Shown here: in pieces, positions 51,330 through 64,000 of the stretch
Position numbering within the stretch: position 1 is the first letter of the stretch
Layout of the letters: each line of letters starts with the position of its first letter
Assembly: GCF_035084215.1 (NCBI RefSeq)
Contig: NC_090346.1
Coordinates: 4,836,001-4,900,000 of the forward strand
Origin: Heptranchias perlo
Lineage: Eukaryota
DNA length: 64,000 bases
Direction of reading: 5' to 3'
Notes under the pieces: model-generated
Databases searched by the model: none
Told to the model about the DNA's origin: nothing
What the model saw: the letters and a program-made list of their open reading frames with translations, nothing else
Translations under genes and position numbers: made by a program

Positions 51330-51700
51330 AGGAGGGAAGGAGCCAGAGGTAAAAAAGTTCACAGCAGTAGTGACCATGATTGCAACAGGCAATGCTGTGC
51401 TAATTGCAGCAGTTGGTTGCAGGTTTTCTTGCAGGATGCACAACTCTGTCACAGCCTCCCTAGAGAATCGCAACCTAGTTCTGCACTGCTCCTCAGAGAA
51501 TTGCAAGTATGTTCTGGGCCTATAAAACGCTATTGAGAAGTTGAAGATTCTTCAGAGCATGCCCCTCTTCTATTTGCTGTCCCACCAGCTGTAGCTCTGC
51601 TTGCTCCTTCCTCCTTCCTCCTTTTCCTGTTGCTCCCTCTCTTCCCAGAGTATGAATCTTAGAAGGACCCCCATCAAGAACAACTGCAGTGCCAGAAGCT
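51330..51700 (-). pseudogene. Decayed Harbinger transposase N-terminal part
   Basis: QFSEEQCRTRLRFSREAVTELC...LPVAIMVTTAVNFFTSGSF matches DLSEEQCIRRLRVTRQ...LPVAVKVTTALNFFASGSF. Confidence 0.85.
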
Positions 51701-53549
51701 CCTTAATAGATCAGTACCAACAGCAACAACTATAAACACTTTCAAATCATTTGAGGTCACAAAAACAAACAAGTTACTGCAAAAAAAAGTTTCCAAAGCC
51801 CTATACTCCTGCAGCTGAGGATCCCTTTAAGTGGCATTCAAAATGACCACCTTCGGACTTGTATTGCCTATGATTGTTGGGCGGGAGCAGGAAGTGGCAG
51901 TAGTCAGGCCGTGATGGTGGGAAATGGTCTAAACGACATCACGTTTTTGAATTTATTCACGAGGCTCCTATCTATTTTAGAACAGAAGTTTCAGCCACCA
52001 GAATTAGTATCCCTCGGAAAATATGAGCAGTCGCAAAAGAAACACTAAGTGGGCACGTCAAACAGCCATTTTATCTTCCAGCTGCTACTGCCTCATCTTT
52101 GAGTGTAAACCGAGCAGTAAAGAGATGAAAATTGTCTTACATAAAAATAGGCTGGTCACAAAATATCGCAACAGCAATTCCAATTTGTTGACAATGTTGA
52201 ATATATGCACTGTGTTGTCAGTACCAAATCAGGAATAAATTTGAATTATGAATTCATATTCAACTGATCCAACCTTTTGTGAAATTGATTCATTGTGATC
52301 CAGCATGTCTACAATTTGGAGGGGCTCCCAACTGGATTAGCCTTTTTGCTCAATGACATTTTCAGCTTTGAAAACATCGGTATTACATTATTTTCTTTTG
52401 TAAATTTCATAATCTGATTACAACAAAAGTCATACAGAAAATGTCTTAGTTCACAGGATCCAGTAAATAAATTAAAGAATTGTAAATTACATTTTTGCTG
52501 CTGTTATATTCTGCTGCAGTCCTCAAATTGATTCAATCTGCTTGCTATGACTAGGTTCTATAATCCAGACCTGGTGTTGATTATGATTTGATGCAAATCA
52601 ACAGAATAATATATAAACAGGGCTTAAATGAGCGCAGTAAATCTCAAACCAAAGAACTTCAAAGATACTGATGTTCTTGGGTACCTGACCATCAAACATG
52701 ACACTGAAGCTATGGTGACAATGTGCTGCGAGTGCTTTTGTTCTTCTCCTTGGTACCAGTTAATGACTTGCTGCCCTAGAGGAGAGGTAGGATGAAATGA
52801 GATTCAGATTACAGCTAAGAATTAGCCAAGAGTGAGAAAAGATGATTAAAACCTAAACAGAGGGAAAAGCTCCTGGTAACTTTACCTGCAACAGATGTTC
52901 AACACTTGAATGGGAATTTTGTAACATTGAGGATGCAGACAGAATTTTGGTCATGAATGTTGTCTGATTGACAGAATCAAGTCATCAAATTTACTCATTT
53001 CCTTTCAGATATATAATTATGGAGTGGAACAATACATGGGCCCTATTCAGTGTTCCACATGCTTCCATAAAACTTCAGAACAAATCAAGTAGGGAAACCG
53101 CAAAGTACTCCGTTACACGAAGTTGGAAGCAGTAACAAGAGAAGTATTTGAGAGCTTCTGAAGAGATGGCTTGATTATGAAGTAAGGCCAGGGCAAAGTT
53201 CAATTCCTTTGGAGCTTTGTTCAGCAACACCGGTTTTAATAGGGGATCTTTAAATTCCCAGACTTTCATGATCGCATCCGTGGAAGCCTGCTATTCTCTT
53301 TCCAGAATCATCTCATTCAAGCTATCATCTAGAAAGAATTAAGCAAGGTTCAGATTTGACATGGCCCCTTAAGAGGGATTTGCTGACAGAAGATTTGGTT
53401 TTCTTTGATTTTATTCCATTTCTGATTCTAACATACCTTTAAGCAATGCTGATTACCTCCTCTACCATTCAAGAACGCAGACTGGCAACATGAAGTAATT
53501 TTCTGATTTCAGACTTTAACAGCAGGACATTATTTAAATTTTTTGTCTC

Positions 53550-53807
53550 CATTTCCCGGCCAGCAGCCAGCCAGATTGAAAGGCTAGCTGGCTGCCTTGC
53601 GGGAAGGCCTGCGCTGGTAGGCTGCAGCCGGAGAGGAAGGGAGAGATCGGAAAGGCTGGGGGAGAGGATGCAGGAAGAGAGAGAGAACAGAAAGGCTGGG
53701 GGGGGGGGGGGGGGAAATCTGATGGAAGCGGGTTGAGGTTGGGTTTCTGATTTTTGAAATTTTAATCCTTCCCCGCCCGTGCTGGGGGATTAAAACCTCC
53801 CCCCCCC
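53550..53807. mobile_element. Terminal fragment of a Harbinger-like element
   Basis: ATTTTAATCCTTCCCCGCCC...GGGGGATTAAAACCTCCCCC resembles the right end at 3040-3100. Confidence 0.5.
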
Positions 53808-53811
53808 AGTG

Positions 53812-54905
53812 ACTGAGCACTTGAACAAGTATGAACTGCTAATAAAGAGTCAGCATGGATTTGTGAAGAGTAGGTCATATCTGACTACTCTAGTTAAATA
53901 TTTTGAAGAGGTCACTAGAATAGTGGATAGGGGAACGTCAATGAATGTTGTCTATATGTAGTTCCGGAAAGCATCGGATAAGATTCCGCACAATAGATTA
54001 TTAGCAGAAAATGAAAGTGCACGGAATTGGAAGTAACGTTGCAAACATGGGTTGGCAATTGATTGGGATGTAGGAGACGGAGAGCAGAAATAAAGGGAAC
54101 TTTCCCTGATTGGCAGGGTGTGACAAGTGGTGTTCCCCAGAGGTCTGTACTGGGTCCTCAGCTTTTCACCATATATATTATTGACTTGAATGAAGGAATA
54201 GAGTTGTAGAACCAAGTTTGCAGATGTCACTAAGTTAGGAGGCACAGTAAGTTATGTAGATGGGAGCAGCAAATTACAAAGGGACATGAACAGACTAAAT
54301 GAGTCGGCAAAACAATGGAAGATAGAATTCAATGCGGGGAAATGCAAGGTCATATCCTTCAGATCCACAGATCAATAAAAGCTAGTACACAGGTACAAAA
54401 AAAAAAGCACCGAACTTCAGGAAAGATATGTTGCCCTTAGAGGGGGTGCAGTTCAGAGTCACTATAATTTAACCCTATAAGCCTGATATTATGATGACAA
54501 GAGTACAAACCAAGTTCATCCAGCCTTTGAGTTTAGAAGATTATGGGGTGTTCTAATCGAGGTCTTTAAAATGATAAAGGGATTAGATAGCATAGATACA
54601 AAGACACTATTTCCTCTGGTGGGAGAATCCAGAACAAGGGAGAGCTAGGTCATTCAGGAGTGAAATGAGGAAACACTTTTTTCACACAAAGGGTAGTGGA
54701 AATCTGAAACACTCTCCCCCAAATGACTGTGGATGCTGGGTCAATTGAAATTTTCAAGACTAAGATTGATAGATGTGTGTTAGGTAAGGGCATCAAGGGA
54801 CATAGAACAAAAGGTGGGTAAATGGAGTTAAGTTACAGATTAGCCTTGATCTTATAAATGGTGGAACAGGCTCAAGGAACTGAATGGCCTACTCCTGTTC
54901 CTATA
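53812..54905 (+). mobile_element. Decayed CR1 LINE (RT to 3' UTR)
   Basis: AGTCAGCATGGATTTGTG, GTGGTGTTCCCCAGAGGTCTGTACTGGG, AAGTTTGCAGATG; 3' end TGAATGGCCTACTCCTGTTCCTAT. Confidence 0.9.
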
Positions 54906-57900
54906 ATATGTAAATGCACAATAGGTATCTGATACTGGACGAGTAAATTGGAAGAAAATAAATTACATTTTCTGACGTGAATGGCAGAAATAGTATTAAA
55001 GGGGCAGAAGTGTCCCGATGACTGATGCAGCTCCAGCTCTGTGGGCCTCAGCACGGACTGAGGCCTACGCAGGCAAGTAATTGAGCGTCAGATCAGTGGA
55101 AGAGGTGGCCACTACAAGATGCTCTCGCTCCCAAGGGGTACCTCAGAGCCCTAATGTATTTTCATCCAATTTACATATCCGGTATCCGATACTTATTGTG
55201 CACTTACATATTATAGGAACAAGAGTAGGCCATTGATCCCTGAAAGTAGCTGTAACTTGGGTGGATGGGAGGGAAATCCACCTGGAACATGGGTCCCACA
55301 CTTCCCCACCACCATTTGAGTGCAGCGGGTAGGAAAGGAGCAGCTAGTGACAGTCCTGGCGGGGCGGGGGCGGGTAATGCAGGGTGGGCAGTGAGGCAGC
55401 AGTAGATCTCATTGCCTGAAATTTCCATTATTTTCCACTGCTATCCCATCAAATCTTAAACGGAATCATGCAGGAATGTCATAAGCCAAAATATATTGTT
55501 TATAAAGTGGTGGTGCAATGGTTAGATGCTGTCCTCTCATCCCTAGCATATGGGATTGAATCCAGCTCAGCCTGATGGAAGCCTCAACTCTGCTAGCTGT
55601 AAGTTCAAAATGACTTGGACAGTTTCTCATATGCATGCTTGCAGCACAGAACTGGTCCTAATTTGGTACCAATTGCAAATCTCATTCAGAGGCCACAGGG
55701 ATAGCTTCTGGAAAGCAAAACAATACCAAACTAGTGCTGTACAGAATGCTCTTGTGAGGTTGGGATTAAGGCATATTGTTAGGGCGAGGTACGAGTTTTA
55801 CTCTGCAGCTGGGAGCATTTAATACTGGCACTGGGTGACAAATTTGAAACAAAAACGTTCCACTCCCCTGCTTTGAACACAACATTCACTCAAAATGCTT
55901 TTTACAGGGATCTAATTTTCAAAAATAAAGTGCTTTTCGTCCATAACACAAAACAATGGATCATTGGGGAATGAAGTACAGATGTGTATTGGTGGCTGTA
56001 TGTATATAAATGCACTTATGATTATGATTGATACAGACTGACCTAATGCCAACTTGTGAATCCACACATCTGTAATACTTTATCTTCAATTGAGCTTTGC
56101 AAAAAGTTTTCAAAATGGGCATCAATGAATATACTTCATACAATACTGTCATTATGTCATCAATTTATATGATCTGGGGTTAAAATGTTTTCTAAATATA
56201 TTCTCTACAATAAACCAAAAATCAAACACTTACACCTTAAGTTGCCTGTATAATGTTATTGCAAGTCAAAAAATTATTACAAAAAAATTGCACCTAAAAC
56301 AGAGATCAGACAAATTTAATATTGATGCTTTTATTTCTAGCTTCTTGATGTTTAATTTACAAGTGTATCTCATTGATGTATTTATAATATCTGGTCAAAC
56401 AAGAAATCTCAGCTGATGGAAAATGACAATTGTTGACCAGAATGAGCATTAACTTGGGTTCTACTCTGATAGCTAGAAAAAGATCAAGGTGAAAAATCAC
56501 ATATTGCAGCATCAATGCCCTCAAATCTTGTACTTTTTTTATTATTCACTACAAGCTTATTTTAATTTTAAGTGGAAGTTTACACCAATTTTTCCCTCTC
56601 TGTTGCTGCTCCTGCAAGCAGCTATCCTAACAGTTAGAAATAATCAGTCAGCAAATAGGAATCTGAACTGTCAATTTTGAGATTTGTGAAGGGTTTCAAA
56701 GCTTATTAGATTTAGTAAGGATACAGTTGCAGGTGTTTTATAATACACTTGAAACAGTAAATTTTTTGTTGATGTACGTAGATGGTGGACTTTTTTTAAA
56801 AAAAACCTTTACAAAACAAAACTACATCCTGGGTTCCAAACACATACTTTTCCCGAAAATGCACAGCATTCTCCTGTTGTTCAAGCATTTTGAAAAAATT
56901 GAACTAAATATAGAAAACATAGGTTTCAACATATGCACATATTTTAATTTTTTTACCTATTTCTCTCACTTTCAACTCCCCCTTCCAAAGGCTATGCTTT
57001 ACCCTATATTCACTGTCAATTGAGGACAGAATACTTATGTTACAACTAACAGATCTCTTGTGCCATTGCTCACAGTAAGTTAGATGATGCACTGTTTTAT
57101 AATGACATGAATTTTATATTATGTAACACATATGCATTCTTCTGTTGCTAAGGGAAAGATGGACCTGTCCCTTTAAGGCTTCAAAATCTCATTATTGTAA
57201 ACAGCTTGAGGTCAATTACCGTCAATTGTTGTTGATAAGGAAAGTTTGCACATAGGCAGGTACTTGATAATTTCCAGGTCAAAAGAAACCAGCATAAAAT
57301 GACTTACCTTTTTTCTCTTTTTAGTGCTTTTACCACTTCAAAGGATGCTCTCGAAACACACACATATATGCATATGGATCTCCCATGGTGTTGCTTATGA
57401 TGCGTTTGAGGATATGTTGTTTTATGCTTTCTAACTTACAATATATTATTAGCATCACTGACATACAGTGATTGCACAAGTCAAATTGCATTTTTATTAC
57501 AGTAATGTTGGAGCATTATGATTATGTGCAAACTTGGGGGAGCGGAACAGGCTCCAGGGACTGAATGGAGAACCCCTGTTCCTATTTGCATGGAATCTAA
57601 ATCTGGAGCCTTGATTACTACTAAAAGTTTATTTAACCATGTAGTTAAATTTAATCTGTTACCCTTTTATAAAGTCCAAGATACAGAGGAAGATGGTACG
57701 GCAGATGTTCCAGGTTGCAGGCAAGTAGGTGCTAGGCTATAGTAACTGTGCATAGCAAAGTGGGGAGTTGGGGCAGCCATGTGTTTGGAGAGTGTGTCTT
57801 TAGGGTTTGAGAGCAATGGTCATGGGGTGTGACTGCATAGGGGAGGACATGCATGTCTCTTGGAAGAACCAGGAGGGGAGTCAGGGAGCATTTAGGAGAA

Positions 57901-58449
57901 TTGGAAGTGTCAGTTGTGGCACTTGGGTGCAATGGAAAGGGTATGTCGTGGGTTGGTAGGAGTGGAAAAGGCATGTTGGCATATGGCAGCAGTGGGAGGG
58001 TGGACTGGAGTGCAGTAGCATTGGGATGGCGGTGGCAGAGTGTTGGAGGATTGGGAAGGAGGTTTCTGGGTGTAGAAGTATTGGGAGGGTGGTTGCAGGG
58101 TGCTGCTGACAAAAGCAGTTCTCAGGTATAGATTGGCAGTGGAGAGGAGGGCATAGGTACTCAATGTGGGTGAGTGCAGGAGCACTGAGAGGCAGCAAAA
58201 GGGAATGGGAAGGGGAGAAAGATCGAAGTGCTCAGAATAGGGAGCGGGGAGGTCTGATCCAATCGGTCAGGGTTTGGGGTTTGGCCATGGATGGGAGGAG
58301 AAAGCCACAGTATGTGCAGAAACGAGACATTTAATATATTATAGCTATGTTACACTAGATGCAACGAATAGCCTCTAGTTGTCTGTATAAGTAGTGCTTT
58401 ACGAGCATCAAGTGCCTGCATACTAGTACTGCACAAATAGCCCCTTATT

Positions 58450-58857
58450 ATTTTTCCACTTTATTCCTCTTCTCTCCTATAGGCATAGGCTCTTGTGGTA
58501 GAATAGTGCCACAGGCATCTCACCCAAATGATCGTTCTTCACTTGTAAGCCTTTATAGAAAATGTCAGCACACTCTTCAATTGTAGGGCATCAAAGTCAA
58601 GGCCCAGTCTTGTCCTCACCTGACATCCACAAATGCACACTTTCCAGTGCAGGTCACTGGGTAATGATCAGAAGTGAGAATCTTGGCAGGTATTTTTTTC
58701 CCTTCCTAGTCCAAGGTCACTGCGACCAATTGCGGTGCCTCTAAAGCTGCCCACCAGAGATCAGTTAACTCAGGACAAAACAAGGATCACATCCAGAACC
58801 TTCCTGGTCTGTACAGTTTAATGGCTCACCAGGCGGTGCATGTATCCAACAGACCAG
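58450..58857 (-). mobile_element. Old tRNA-headed SINE-like repeat (third family)
   Basis: Collinear with 50650-51042. Confidence 0.55.
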
Positions 58858-58922
58858 GAAAAGCATGAATTCCTCTTAAAATAAAAGTTTTAGGGCAATC
58901 AATTTCCAGGAGCATGCATGAA

Positions 58923-59076
58923 TGGCCCTGAAATTACAGGGGGGTTCTCACTGTCTCCTCCTGTAACTTCAATGGGAGACAGGTGGAACCCCCAGAGAAA
59001 CAGGGTAAACTGCCGTTCTCAGCCACTTCTACAGTTTCCCAGGAGACTGGGAGAGCCCCCATGGAATTTTGTGCCC
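58923..59076. mobile_element. Palindromic MITE-like element
   Basis: GGCCCTGAAATTACAGGGGGGTTCTC and GAGAGCCCCCATGGAATTTTGTGCCC are inverted termini. Confidence 0.7.
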
Positions 59077-60029
59077 TATAACTCTGTAAACAGGTCCAGG
59101 ACTTACATAGATTTTCTTAAGTGAATATTATTCCCTGCTGAAATGAGGAGCACTTACTGTAACAGCAAATGATTACACAGAATTTTTCTTCCTCCAATGG
59201 TGAGATTTCTGCCTCTGCAAAGCTTCCCATCTAGCAACTCTTTAAAAACTAAGTAAATTCATCCCACTTGGTAGCAAATTGATTTGTGTGCCAATGTTTT
59301 TGCCACCAAACACATACAGAATATCATACAGCTTTTAGATCCCCTTCAGAAATCGTGCTCGTGAAGGCTAACAAAGGCCTACTGTCTCATAACAGATGAA
59401 CAGCGCACCTGCATTTAGGGCTGTACCTGATAATCATTATTAATTCTTTTGCAATAGCCATGTTTATGACCCAGCTTATCTCTACATTGTGACCCTTAAC
59501 ATAGTTGGAAGTTAAGAATAGTTTACTCAAAGTTTAACTTATAACATCCATTAGTACCTTATTGGATTTAACCAGCTTAATAGCTCTTTTGACCTATGTA
59601 ATGTCAGTGAAGCCAAGATTTGATAACAAGGTGATGACAAGTGTTACAATGTAGATACAATAATCTCATATTCAACACATTTTCTCACCAAAATTACCAG
59701 GTCCTTCAAATGACTTCAGATTGTTCAGACTTAGGATCAAATTTTCAATCCGTTACCAAACATAAATAATTGTCTATTATTCAAGGGATATTAGTAATCT
59801 AAACATTTCTGTAATTCACTGAAATTTGACCTCCCTATATCTACTGTAAATTTGAGTAGAGTACTATGTTTTGTCAAAACTTTGGGGTGTAAGTTATAGA
59901 AGTAAAGAAAAAAGGATTGATCAAGTCGTCCTTTTTAAAATCTGACATTTTTTTAAATTAAGCTGGTTGTTTCAGGGACATTTCAAGTCACAGACCTAGG
60001 AATTGGCCACGCCAAAAACAAGCAGCAAG

Positions 60030-60660
60030 TCAGCAAAGCGAATGCTTCATGCCAGTCCCTGCCAGCCATTCCAGAGTGGTGCCTTTTTCTGTTTATGAAT
60101 ACTACAGGATGTTGCACTGGTGCATGCACGGCTACATGGGTGTGGTTAATGAAGCTGTGCACAATGAGAATGCAACATCTTTTTGCATCAGCCTCACCTT
60201 TTGCTGCTGAATCCTGGAACTGAATTTAATGTAGTCACCAGCATGTTCAAACAGGGCATCTATGATCTGGACAATACAGCAATGAACAACAAACTTGCTG
60301 ATCTTGCCAAGTTTCCAGCCATTATCTAAAACAAGTCTGTGCCAAATAAATTGAGTGCTATCATCACTTTTTTTTTTGCTGCTGGGAGTACAGTTGTAGG
60401 AAATGGCACTATTCTTCAGCGGCTTTTTTAGAGAGATGTAGCCTTCCCGTATATTGCTTCTCACTGCAGTCAAGCTGGCTGTCATTTGTGAGACACTGCC
60501 ATGGTTGGTAGTGGATCCTAGTGGTGGTCCTCCTCTGACCTTCCACCTTGTTGGTTTTCTTCTGCTGTTCTTCCTCTTTGTCCAATGTTGTGAGACTTGC
60601 CAATGCTGCTGTTGAGCAGCTCTTTTCAATGTCTCCTTCTGTGCTCCATGTTGGACCTTT
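60030..60660 (-). pseudogene. Highly decayed Harbinger transposase fragment
   Basis: GKISKFVVHCCIVQIIDALFEHAGDYIKF parallels GVCQSSAHKCIRQVTDRLFHRASHYINF. Downstream FINRKR-like and GTGMKH-like segments. Confidence 0.68.
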
Positions 60661-62284
60661 ACAAGCTTTTTCTGCTGCTTTATAGTAGCCACGATTAATG
60701 TGATGTGAGCTTGAAGGCAAGTGTAAGCAAATTTACACATTCTTTAATTCATATTTAAGCCAAAAAATTAATGTTGGATCTGTGTGTACCTTAAAACAGT
60801 TTAATCTCAGGAGGAATTTTAAAAATTTCAAAAATTAGCAAATGCTCTGTTAATAAATAAAATTATTGTTCAAAGCAAACAGTGCAGATGTATCGAATGC
60901 AGAGATAAATTTCACCCCCATAATATCCTTTATTTATGCATGAATGTTGTAAAAGCTCTAGGAATGAAAGGTTGTCTGATAAGCAGTCTGCATGAAATGC
61001 AGCTACAGCTTTGAATTATTAACATTTTCCAGGAGTCAAAGAGATCCTACGAACCAAATTCCAAATCTCATAGTAATGTTCTGGACAGCTAGAATCCTAA
61101 CCAAAATCATTTTCAAAGGTTTTACCAAAGCAATCCAAATCTGTCCTGTAGACAGTTAAACATATGGTACATTGTTTTGAAAAATCTTGAAACACGGGCT
61201 CATATTTTGAATATAATAAAATGATTCTGACAATCCTCAGAATGCTTTTTAACAGTCAGTTATTGTAATGTGTTCCAGGGGCCATAGCTTGTGGTTTTAA
61301 GTTTTTGCATTCCTGTCAGTACAACAGATTGAAACCTACTCAACTAACTTCTGAAATCTGAGTATCTACTAACACTACCACATACATTTATTTTCATCAC
61401 TTTATTGATGATGATTTATGATCATAGCATATAACAGCAATATGAAAGTTTCTGAACACCCAACAGGAGTAAACTACTTCTGTTATATTTAGGTTTGAAT
61501 CATATATCCACTAAATGGTATCCATAATTCTAGCTACATCCATATCTTGGCATTTCTGAATAGCTGTGCTCTTTCAAGTATCTAGTGCAATCACCAAGTC
61601 TGAAATTTGAGGTGCTTTCCTTAGAGGGTGGGGAAGAAAAAGTGGGAGAGAAGATCAAAGGAAAAAAGTTATCTGGATCACAGTTGTACACATCTCCTAG
61701 GAGCCAATCATGACACCAATGGCAGAGAATAGGAAGTTGATCGATGCCTAGCCTTTGGAGCCAGAGAATGTTAGTGTAGAGAGGAGAATTGTTTTTACTG
61801 TTGTGTCTCAAAACAACTACATTTAATCATAATTAGATTATACATTATCATATTTGTTAGTGGTGATGCAGAGTGGGAGGGAGTGTAATTATGCATTCAC
61901 TCTTACTTCAAGATTAAATAAATTCACTGTATAAAATGGAACATTGTAAATGTATTTTCAAATGTTTAATATGGTTGCTCGAAGTAATAAACTTAATTAA
62001 GTTTTAACCAATTGTTACATGTAGCAGAAAGATCATACTGCTACATGGGGAGATTAGAGAGCTATCTTTTTTTTAGGAACAGTGAGTGCATACTGAAGCT
62101 GACAAAAGGCAAGGCTTCCTATATGAAGTCTGGCAAAACAATACATAATTTTACAGACTAGTAGCTGCTATTATTTAGGCTACGGTTTTTTTTTGTATTA
62201 AGTTTCCTACTTCAAAAGTCTGCCAACTGAAGGACTAACTATACCTACTAATGTTAAGCTGCTTTGAAATCTTCCTGCTAATTT

Positions 62285-63660
62285 AGATATGGGAACTAAA
62301 TATTCCTGGATAGGAAATTTTCAGGAGAGATACAGAAAGAAAAAGGGAGAAGGGTCGGCCTTGTTATTTAAGAGCATAATGGTGCTCAAATAAAGAGAAA
62401 TGGAAAAAGGATAAGACTTTCATTTATATAGCACCTTTCATGACCTCAGGATGTCCCAAAGCACTTTGCAGACAATGAAGTACTTTTTTGAAGTGTAGTC
62501 ACTGTTGTAATGTAGGGAATTGGGGCAGCTAATTTGCACACAGTAAAGTCCCACAAACAGCAATGAGATACATGACCAGATAATTAGTTTTAGTAATGCT
62601 GGCTGAGGGATAAATATCAGGAGAACTCTCCTGCTCTTCTTCAAATAGTGCCATGGGATCTTTTACGTCCACTTGAGAAGACAGATGAGGCCTCAGTTTA
62701 ACTTCTCATCTGAAAGATGGCACCTCTGACAGTGCAGCATTCCCTTAGTACCGCACCGGAATGTCAGCATAGATTATGTGCTCAAGTCTGCAGAGTGGAA
62801 CTTGGAACCCACAATCTTCTGACTCGGAGGCGAGGGTGTTACCACTGAGCCAAGGCTGACATGATAGCTAAGATAGATTCTGTCTGATTTGAACTAAAAA
62901 ATAAGAAACTGTTACCACATTGAAGACCACTAAATAGTGAGAAAGAGAATGAGATTTGTAGGTAACTTAGACAAGTAACAGAGTTAAAAGAATTGGTTTG
63001 TGGTCAAAATGGGGAGGGATTCTCAGTATGCATTTAGGACTGTACGTCCAACAAGGAAAGATGTAGTACTAGATTGGGTTCTAGTTAATGATGTAAGTGA
63101 TCTGAAGGTTGCAGAACGCTTCAGAAATACAGCCATATGAAACTAAATACAGAAAAAGAGGAGTTGAAGTTGAAAGTGTTGCACTAGAATGATCTAATTT
63201 TGGTTACATGAAACTGAACCTAGCCCAGGTTAACTGGTTGGAAAAAATGGTAGATCAAACTGCAGAGCAGCAGTGGGAGATATTTTAATATGTTCTGACT
63301 ATGAAGAAAGGGGTGTATCAAAGGTCAGTGTTCCATGTATAAATAACAAATGAGAGAAAATTAGGTTTAAAGAGGCATATGATAAACGCCTTTTTAAACC
63401 TAATTTTCTTCTGAAAATATCAAAAATATGAAGTATATGGGAAGCAAAAAAGATTAGAAAGGCTAAGAGGGAGTATAAAAGGGCTTAGGTCCAACATAAA
63501 TAGCGAGGGCTTTTTTAAAGCACTGAAGAAGTAGAAGGATAGTCAAAGAAGAGGTGGGACCACAGACACAAAGGGGGATGCAACTTGTATTTGAAAGTGA
63601 GGGAATGATAAAACTGCTTAATAAATATTTTGATTCAGTTTTCACAGAAGAATGTGAGAG
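62285..63660 (+). mobile_element. Very old CR1 ORF2 fragment (APE domain and linker), interrupted by a SINE
   Basis: WELNIPG..IFRRD at ~62290, VLDWVLVN at ~63065, LLNKYFDSVFTEE at ~63615-63650. Confidence 0.7.
62411..62861 (-). mobile_element. Deu-domain SINE, full length
   Basis: Collinear with 5996-6454; head TGTCAGCCTTGGCTCAGTGG on the minus strand. Confidence 0.9.
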
Positions 63661-64000
63661 TAGTACCTGAGGAATAGAAAATAAGGTTTATTGGTCTTTT
63701 TGTATCAGGCTGCAGTTTGGTGCATTATGTGCAATAAAACCTAGAACTAAGTATAAACATGCTAGACATTTTTTACATTGTTTATAATTTAACTTTACCA
63801 TTCATGGAGACAATGCTGCTTTAATGTCTTCTGGTCTCAATTACTTGCAAAGAAATTCTTCAGTGCCAGTCCTAATTTGTTATCAGCGAATGAAATAAAT
63901 ACTAATCATTTGTCAACCTAGCAACTGAAAATTCTGCCACAGACCATTGATATGGTAAGAGTTATAATAAGACTTTTGACATAATAAATATGATAGCAAT

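Noticed and set aside
52685-53330. Possible host exons on the minus strand (AG...GT block at ~52685-52776; 64 aa ORF 53075-53269)
   Set aside because: No recognisable protein, an in-frame stop lies just upstream of the ORF, and no consistent exon chain. A non-coding transcript cannot be excluded.

Overview
Eukaryotic, repeat-dominated window with no recognisable host protein-coding exon. The repeat set (Deu-domain tRNA-SINEs, several CR1 subfamilies, L2, Penelope, PIF/Harbinger) suggests a cartilaginous-fish (shark-like) intergenic or intronic region; this is an inference. Main features: (1) a nearly intact 4.1 kb PIF/Harbinger DNA transposon (9075-13176) with TIRs, a TSD, a DDE transposase gene and a convergent 3-exon Myb/SANT partner gene that the ORF track does not assemble; (2) about six more decayed Harbinger relics plus hairpin MITEs with similar termini; (3) a Penelope-like fragment (37286-37969) with a perfect 71 bp inverted duplication across its GIY-YIG motif and a minimal hammerhead-ribozyme motif, with the element apparently ending at the predicted cleavage site; (4) several nested insertions that give relative ages. 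Most short ORFs in the track are antisense or chance frames. All family names come from motif recognition, not database searches, and boundaries of decayed elements are approximate.
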